Part shown: positions 58,875 through 64,000 of the stretch, piece by piece
How the letters are laid out: each line of letters starts with the position of its first letter
Position numbering within the stretch: the first letter of the stretch is position 1
From: Bdellovibrionota bacterium
GTDB taxonomy: Bacteria; Bdellovibrionota_B; Oligoflexia; Oligoflexales; JAWKNZ01
Reading direction: 5' to 3'
DNA length: 64,000 bases
NCBI GenBank assembly: GCA_041391425.1
Contig: JAWKNZ010000006.1
Coordinates: 219,629 to 283,628 of the forward strand
The notes under the pieces: model-generated
What the model was told of the DNA's origin: nothing
Database searches by the model: none
Seen by the model: only the letters and a program-made list of their open reading frames with translations
Position numbers and translations under genes: made by a program

Positions 58875-59337
58875 AAAATAAGATGATATTGTTTCAAGTA
58901 AGATGCATAGTTTTTTATTTTCTGCTGATCGAGATACTTATTTATTTTCATCTTCTTGTTTCAATTTAGATTTGAATCATTTATTTTATGTAAATCTGAT
59001 TTGTTTGAGTATTAATTTTTTATTAAAGCCTGATTGATTGATTGATTGATTTTATAAACTTGCAGGCTTAATTTTAGCATAGTTAGTTAATAGGTTGAAA
59101 GTTTCGTCGTTTACTGATTGCTATTTCTCAATAAGCGTATGAATCTGAAAACATGGTGCATAGAGAAATATTGAAGCTATGTCTATTTCTAGATGCTGTG
59201 GCATTTAGAATATTAATGCACGAAGGAAAAATACTAGAGCTATATACCCATAATAAGAAATATTCTTTTCTTAGACGGGAATTGATTTTATTAAGCAGAG
59301 AGATTTTAATGTCTGTCCGTTACTGGTCTAAGTACAA

Positions 59338-60347
59338 ATGGTGATAAGTATGTTAACAAAAAAAATATCAAAACTTCTGTCTATGCCTATGAGTAAGTCA
59401 ATAATAGTAAGTTCTGTGATTTCCGATGCAGCGAAGTCTGGTTTTTTTGAAACTGTCGATGGAATTAGCCTTTATTATGAAGATACGCAAGCTCCGGGGG
59501 AAGTTTTATTTTTTATATATGGTTTGGGATGCTCTATTAGTCATTGGAAATATCAGATGAGTTATTTTTTGGACAAGTCCAATAAGAGTAAAGGAGTTAC
59601 TCAGAAATATCGGATTGTATGGATGGATTTTCGTAATCATGGTCGTTCTGGTAAATGTCAAAGTTCTCAACTATCAGTCGTGCAATTGGCTGAAGATGTG
59701 AAACAATGTTGCGATGTTTTGGGTATTCATAAGGCAATTTTTTTAGGTCAATCAATGGGGGGCAGCGTCTTATTGCAGTTAGCACATAGTTATCCTAAGC
59801 TTGTTAAGAAGATGGTACTGCAAGGGTCTCCTCCAATAGCACCATCACGTACTATCTGTACTAGCCCATTGGCACCTTTCGCTTGGAAAAGGATGATTCA
59901 ACTAAATAAGTTAAGCCCTATGTCCGTGCGTTTAATCCACAAGAGTTTATCAGGAATAAGCCGTCCATTAATGGAAGCTGCTCGCTTTAGCGGTTTTAAT
60001 CCTCAGTTGGTTAATTCTGATGATGTTATGGAATATGTCAAATTGTTATTAGCTTCTGATGCTAATGTTTTCTGAAATTGGCCGAGTCGATGGAAAATTT
60101 TGATGTGGCAGATTTTGGATCAGAGATCATAGTGCCTACTTTAATAATTGCGGGAAAACAAGATAGATGTGTTCCTTTGCCAAATATTGAATATTTGGCA
60201 AGTAAATTGAAAAATGCTCAAATTGAAGTGATTCCGCATGGTAGCCACTGTCCGCACTTAGATGATCCTCCTTTGGTTAATGAGCTTATCAGTAATTTTA
60301 TTCGGAAAAAGCGTAATGCTTTTTCTAAAAAGAAAAATAATTTATAG
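59338..60347 (+). pseudogene. alpha/beta-hydrolase, 1-nt frameshift near 60067-60074
   Basis: ORF 59338..60075 carries FIYGLGCS and GQSMGG (nucleophile elbow). ORF 60078..60347 carries PTLIIAGKQDRCVP and HGSHCPHLD (catalytic His region). One extra T in the T4 run 60067-60070 would give ...ANVFLKLAESMENFD... Confidence 0.7.
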
Positions 60348-60362
60348 TGATGGGCTTAATTT

Positions 60363-60926
60363 TTAATGCGCTTTTTGACAAAGGTAGGCACTAGGCCCCA
60401 TTGCACTAGACCGACAACGGAATGAGTTGTCTGATGGAGGTAACTGTTCTTTATTCTCACTTACATCTAATTGATCACTAATTCCCAGATAAGGTTTTTT
60501 TGCAAGGTTATCTCTTGTTTTCTGTTCAAATCCACTTGAATCTGCTTGATCAGTTGCCATGGTTTCATTGTCAACGAAGGGTCCGAGTTCTTTGTGGGCT
60601 TCAGGTATTTTTCCATTATAGATGATTGGGTGTGATGAGTTGAGTGGCTGACTATTCGTGCTTAGCGTACGCAATGTGTTTTCTGGAATACCTTTCCATA
60701 TTCCTTGATCGCAATATTTCATGGATTTAGCTATGGCGTCATAAATTACATAACTTGGACTATGTTTTACGCATATTGAAGATGTTGTTTGTGTCGGTGT
60801 TTGTTGTGCTGCTATGTCTGAGGTCTTTTGCTCATGATTGTGCTTGGAGTTGAGAGTGTTTCTTTTATTATTAAATTGGCATCCGACAAATACTATAAAT
60901 GCCAAAAAGTTACTGATTTGTCTCAT
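60363..60926 (-). CDS. hypothetical lipoprotein
   Basis: The ATG at 60924-60926 follows GTGAGG. Lipobox FVGC. No family recognised. Confidence 0.5.
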   Translation of the reverse strand: MRQISNFLAFIVFVGCQFNNKRNTLNSKHNHEQKTSDIAAQQTPTQTTSSICVKHSPSYVIYDAIAKSMKYCDQGIWKGIPENTLRTLSTNSQPLNSSHPIIYNGKIPEAHKELGPFVDNETMATDQADSSGFEQKTRDNLAKKPYLGISDQLDVSENKEQLPPSDNSFRCRSSAMGPSAYLCQKAH

Positions 60927-61253
60927 TATCAACCTCACTGGGCAATTCATCATTTTGTGTATAATTCCTTCAACTTGTATTGGCCTTAAATTTAGCAATT
61001 GCTATGCTTTCGGATCTTTTTTTATAATTTTTAGTATAGAAATAGTACGCTCTAATGCGTTGTGGGTGTAACTGACCATTTTTCTTAAGAACTAATTTGA
61101 AGTTTGGGAGAAAACGAAATTTAATGTATAATTAAACTGAATTTGTTTACTTGCTGTCTGCTTTATGACAGATAGCAGTTAGGGTAATATCGAGTTGTGT
61201 TTCCGTATTTTTTGTTGGTCTCTTTTGGCGGGTTAAATTTTTTACTTTAACTA

Positions 61254-61350
61254 GGGCGTGTTGACGTTTCATTTTCGTAGCGAGAGACAAATACTTGAAA
61301 GTCGCAGCAAGGGTTTGGCTCGTAGTAGGAAATGAAACGTCAACACGCCC
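61254..61350. mobile_element. MITE family B, copy B4 (97-bp internal-deletion derivative, inverted orientation)
   Basis: It equals the first 43 bp plus the last 54 bp of the full-length element. It is flanked by TA/TA. Confidence 0.9.
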
Positions 61351-61446
61351 TAGTAGGATGATAAAAATAGTTTTTTGTTATTGATATATGGTTGGAGACT
61401 GGCGGCACTGTGAGCAGTGAAGGTAGGAAATTGGAGGCTTCTGGGT

Positions 61447-61815
61447 ATGCATGAGACTATTCCTCTTTTGGATATGAAGGCTATTGACAGTATCCTTACA
61501 TTTGAAAAGAAAGGCTTGCTATTTGGTTTTTTACAGAAACAATTGGATCATTTGAGAAATGAAGTCCCTGAACATTTGAGTTTAATTAATGATGCAGTTT
61601 TGGAGAAAGATTTTAAGAGCTTATCCCAACATACTCATAAGTTAAATGGTTTCGCAGCGATTATTGGAGCACAGAGAGTTAGGCATCTATGTATAGAAAT
61701 TGAGAGGCTGGGGGATGAAAGTTCTGTTAGTGTAGCGAAGGAGATTGTTGCTCAGCTTGAAGATGCACTGACTGCAACTATTGATGCTTTGCAAGAAATT
61801 GTATCTAAAGCGTAA
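61447..61815 (+). CDS. stand-alone Hpt (histidine phosphotransfer) domain protein
   Basis: HTHKLNGFAAIIGA matches the HxxKG Hpt signature. The ATG at 61447 follows a GGAGG. The ORF track starts at a GTG at 61417. Confidence 0.7.
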   Translation: MHETIPLLDMKAIDSILTFEKKGLLFGFLQKQLDHLRNEVPEHLSLINDAVLEKDFKSLSQHTHKLNGFAAIIGAQRVRHLCIEIERLGDESSVSVAKEIVAQLEDALTATIDALQEIVSKA

Positions 61816-61994
61816 CATGCTAATATTATTGAGTAGTAGTTAATAATATTGAAAGAATTCTAAAAATTATTTAAAATACCTGCCTTGAACTATAACTATT
61901 TTTTAAAAGTAATATGCGTTATATTCTTAGTTATTAGATTTGATATTTTAATATAGAATACTCTATAGAATTAAAATCGGAGAATTTTTGATTC

Positions 61995-62531
61995 ATGAAT
62001 GGTTTTACGACGACAATACCGTGGAAAACTAGACCTTTTGCAAAGAGATTTGCACAAAATTCTTTGTTGCCTTTCCTGGGCGAAACGACCTTTAATAACT
62101 CGTATTATGTCAATATGCTTAACTGTGCTTTGCGTCTTGAATTAGATAGTTTGTCACATCTTACTAGTGGCGAAAAAATTTTGGATTTTGTTGGGATTCG
62201 ACAAGTTATGGAAAATCATAATCAGTCGATAGAGAGCCTTTCTTCCTTAATTGTTAGAAATAGTGGCATCCCTATAAGCCATTCATCTTTTGCCAGTACG
62301 TTTTCCAGTGTGATTATCAGAGTAAAGTCGAATGTTCCTGGTCGGCGTGCAAAATTTTCTTTACTTTCTGGGCTGTGTAGTCAAGAAAAGAAGTTGGAGC
62401 ATGTTTATCAGCGTCTATTGTTAATGTCACCGTCGTGTGATAGATTCGTTGTTTTAAGTCTGCGTGAAAGAATTTCTATAAATGAATCTATTTATTCGAG
62501 ATTAATTGAAAACAATCCGTTAAAAGTATAA
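61995..62531 (+). CDS. hypothetical protein
   Basis: ORF only. No motif recognised. The upstream region is AT-rich. Confidence 0.4.
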   Translation: MNGFTTTIPWKTRPFAKRFAQNSLLPFLGETTFNNSYYVNMLNCALRLELDSLSHLTSGEKILDFVGIRQVMENHNQSIESLSSLIVRNSGIPISHSSFASTFSSVIIRVKSNVPGRRAKFSLLSGLCSQEKKLEHVYQRLLLMSPSCDRFVVLSLRERISINESIYSRLIENNPLKV

Positions 62532-63293
62532 TCCAAAGCGTAATCCTGTATATGCCCCTTGATTTTTTTCTTTATATTTTACTTCATTCCAAGTTAGATC
62601 ATAGCTACGGGTTCTGTATCCCACTATGAAATCGATAGTATTTTTCGTTAGGTCGATACTTGCTCCTACTTCCTGTTCGATTCTTTGTCCTAGACTGATA
62701 TCTTGCCCGCTTTTATCTAATGCCTTAGGAGTATTAAATACCATTCCTGTAGCGTGAAAAACAGCTTTATCAAAAATTGGTATGAAAACTCCTACCCCTG
62801 CACCTAGGTTTGCACCAAAAAGATCAAAGCGCTCATTATTGGCATTGTTGATGCTAATTTCACCTAGTCCCACGGAGATAGTTGGATATAGCCAGCCTAA
62901 TCTCCACTGCATTGCAGTATCTTTCCAGTTTGCTTTTAGATAGCTTTGATTCAGCTCGAATGGAACGTAATTTTCTGAAGATGTGAAGCTGATCCCTAAG
63001 TTTCGACTCTCACCCGCGTAAATTCCTAACTTCCATGTTGATGAGGTTGCGGTCTCTTTACTTTCTGCCGCTTCACTTTCATATGTGTTTAAGGTTAAGT
63101 CTCCTTGCATATATGCAGTCATGGTCTGCTGGGTTAATGAGCTCCCGTAGACTTGACTTCTTGTCTGTGCAATCCCATTTTCTGTGGTTGCCATGAGCGA
63201 TAAACCGCAAATGATTAACATTATGGGATATGTTGAGGCGTTACTTTTATTGGTAATAGACTTTAAGATAAGCATTGTGAAAAACTCCTCCAT
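62520..63293 (-). CDS. hypothetical outer-membrane beta-barrel protein
   Basis: Has a signal peptide, alternating hydrophobic strands and a C-terminal ...GLRFGLYF. Confidence 0.55.
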   Translation of the reverse strand: MEEFFTMLILKSITNKSNASTYPIMLIICGLSLMATTENGIAQTRSQVYGSSLTQQTMTAYMQGDLTLNTYESEAAESKETATSSTWKLGIYAGESRNLGISFTSSENYVPFELNQSYLKANWKDTAMQWRLGWLYPTISVGLGEISINNANNERFDLFGANLGAGVGVFIPIFDKAVFHATGMVFNTPKALDKSGQDISLGQRIEQEVGASIDLTKNTIDFIVGYRTRSYDLTWNEVKYKEKNQGAYTGLRFGLYF

Positions 63294-63450
63294 GAGTTTT
63301 CATAGATATCGATTTACTAGGATATCGGTCATTTTAATATTGACTTTAGATTTCTTAACGTGGGTTCATTTTGGTATTTTTGCTAAGTTTTATATGATAG
63401 CTTTGTTGTAAGAATATTAAACTTTGCAGGTTTATTAAGGAGTTTTCCCT

Positions 63451-64000
63451 TTGCTTAATTCAGATGAAAAACATTCTAAAGAAATGCCATCAACGTTTAA
63501 TAAAATGCTTTTCTATAAGATTGTGGTAGTAGGAACTTGTCTTTTGTTGGTCCTCTTATTAGGATCTTGGTTTCGTAAACTTCCAAAGGCTAGAATCGGA
63601 AGCAATTTATTGGAAGGAACCCTCCAGGGCTCCAGTTTGCATTTTTTTGCATTGGGGGATACTGGAATGGCAAATGATGCGCAAATGCAGGTTGCTGAAG
63701 CCATGGAAAGAGATGTCAGGCTCTCGGAGGTATTGATGGCTTACTTCTGCTTGGGGATACTTTTTATTATACAGGTGTTACTTCTAAAGAGGACTCTCAA
63801 TGGAAGAGTAAGGTTGAAGAACCCTATGGAGGAGAATGTTTAAAAAAAGCTCCTATTTATCCAGTATTAGGAAACCATGATTATAAGGGAAATGTTGATG
63901 CACAAATTCTTTATTCTGGCATGAATAAGAGGTGGCATTTACCGTACCGTTTTTATCGTTTGGATTTTGGAGCCTTACTGAGGATCGTTGCTTTTGATTC
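63451..64000 (+). pseudogene. metallophosphoesterase (calcineurin-like), 1-nt frameshift near 63707-63709, 3' partial at window edge
   Basis: FFALGDTG is motif I. After a frame change it reads ...GGIDGLLLLGDTFYYTGV (GDxxY), then PIYPVLGNHDY (GNHD), continuing open to nt 64000. One extra A in the AAA run at 63707-63709 would restore ...VAEAMEKRCQALGGIDG... Confidence 0.65.

Overview
This is an AT-rich 64-kb chromosomal segment from a Gram-negative-type bacterium. Many predicted proteins look like lipoproteins or outer-membrane barrels. Two proteins resemble, from memory, the TIGR02147/DUF4423 family seen in Bdellovibrio-like and Fibrobacter genomes, so the taxonomic guess is only tentative. 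Most of the window is housekeeping: pyk-like, psd, trmFO, tpiA-pgk, gshB, valS, queE, folB-pdxA, leuS, hemJ, fhs, rdgB, cutA and bolA-like. These are mixed with many secreted, lipoprotein or outer-membrane proteins of unknown function. I found no rRNA, tRNA, CRISPR array, cas gene, transposase, integrase, reverse transcriptase or phage module.

Four things stand out:
1. Thirteen copies of four miniature inverted-repeat element (MITE) families. They have clean target-site duplications, one nested insertion, one internal-deletion derivative, and a core shared between two families.
2. Seven genes are interrupted by single-base frameshifts, mostly at short homopolymers: pyk-like, uvrA-like, mlaE-like, two alpha/beta hydrolases and a metallophosphoesterase. 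mlaE and one lipoprotein gene also carry in-frame TAG codons. This is either real gene decay or homopolymer sequencing error.
3. A gene pair encodes a Met-rich mono-haem cytochrome c and a predicted outer-membrane beta-barrel with two N-terminal CXXCH motifs. This is my best candidate for an undescribed system.
4. There is an unusually long fusion of a ~470-aa domain to a GT51 transglycosylase, and a triplicated promoter-like module flanking a small secreted protein gene upstream of a SWIM/SNF2 helicase.

All family assignments come from motif recognition by eye. No searches were run.
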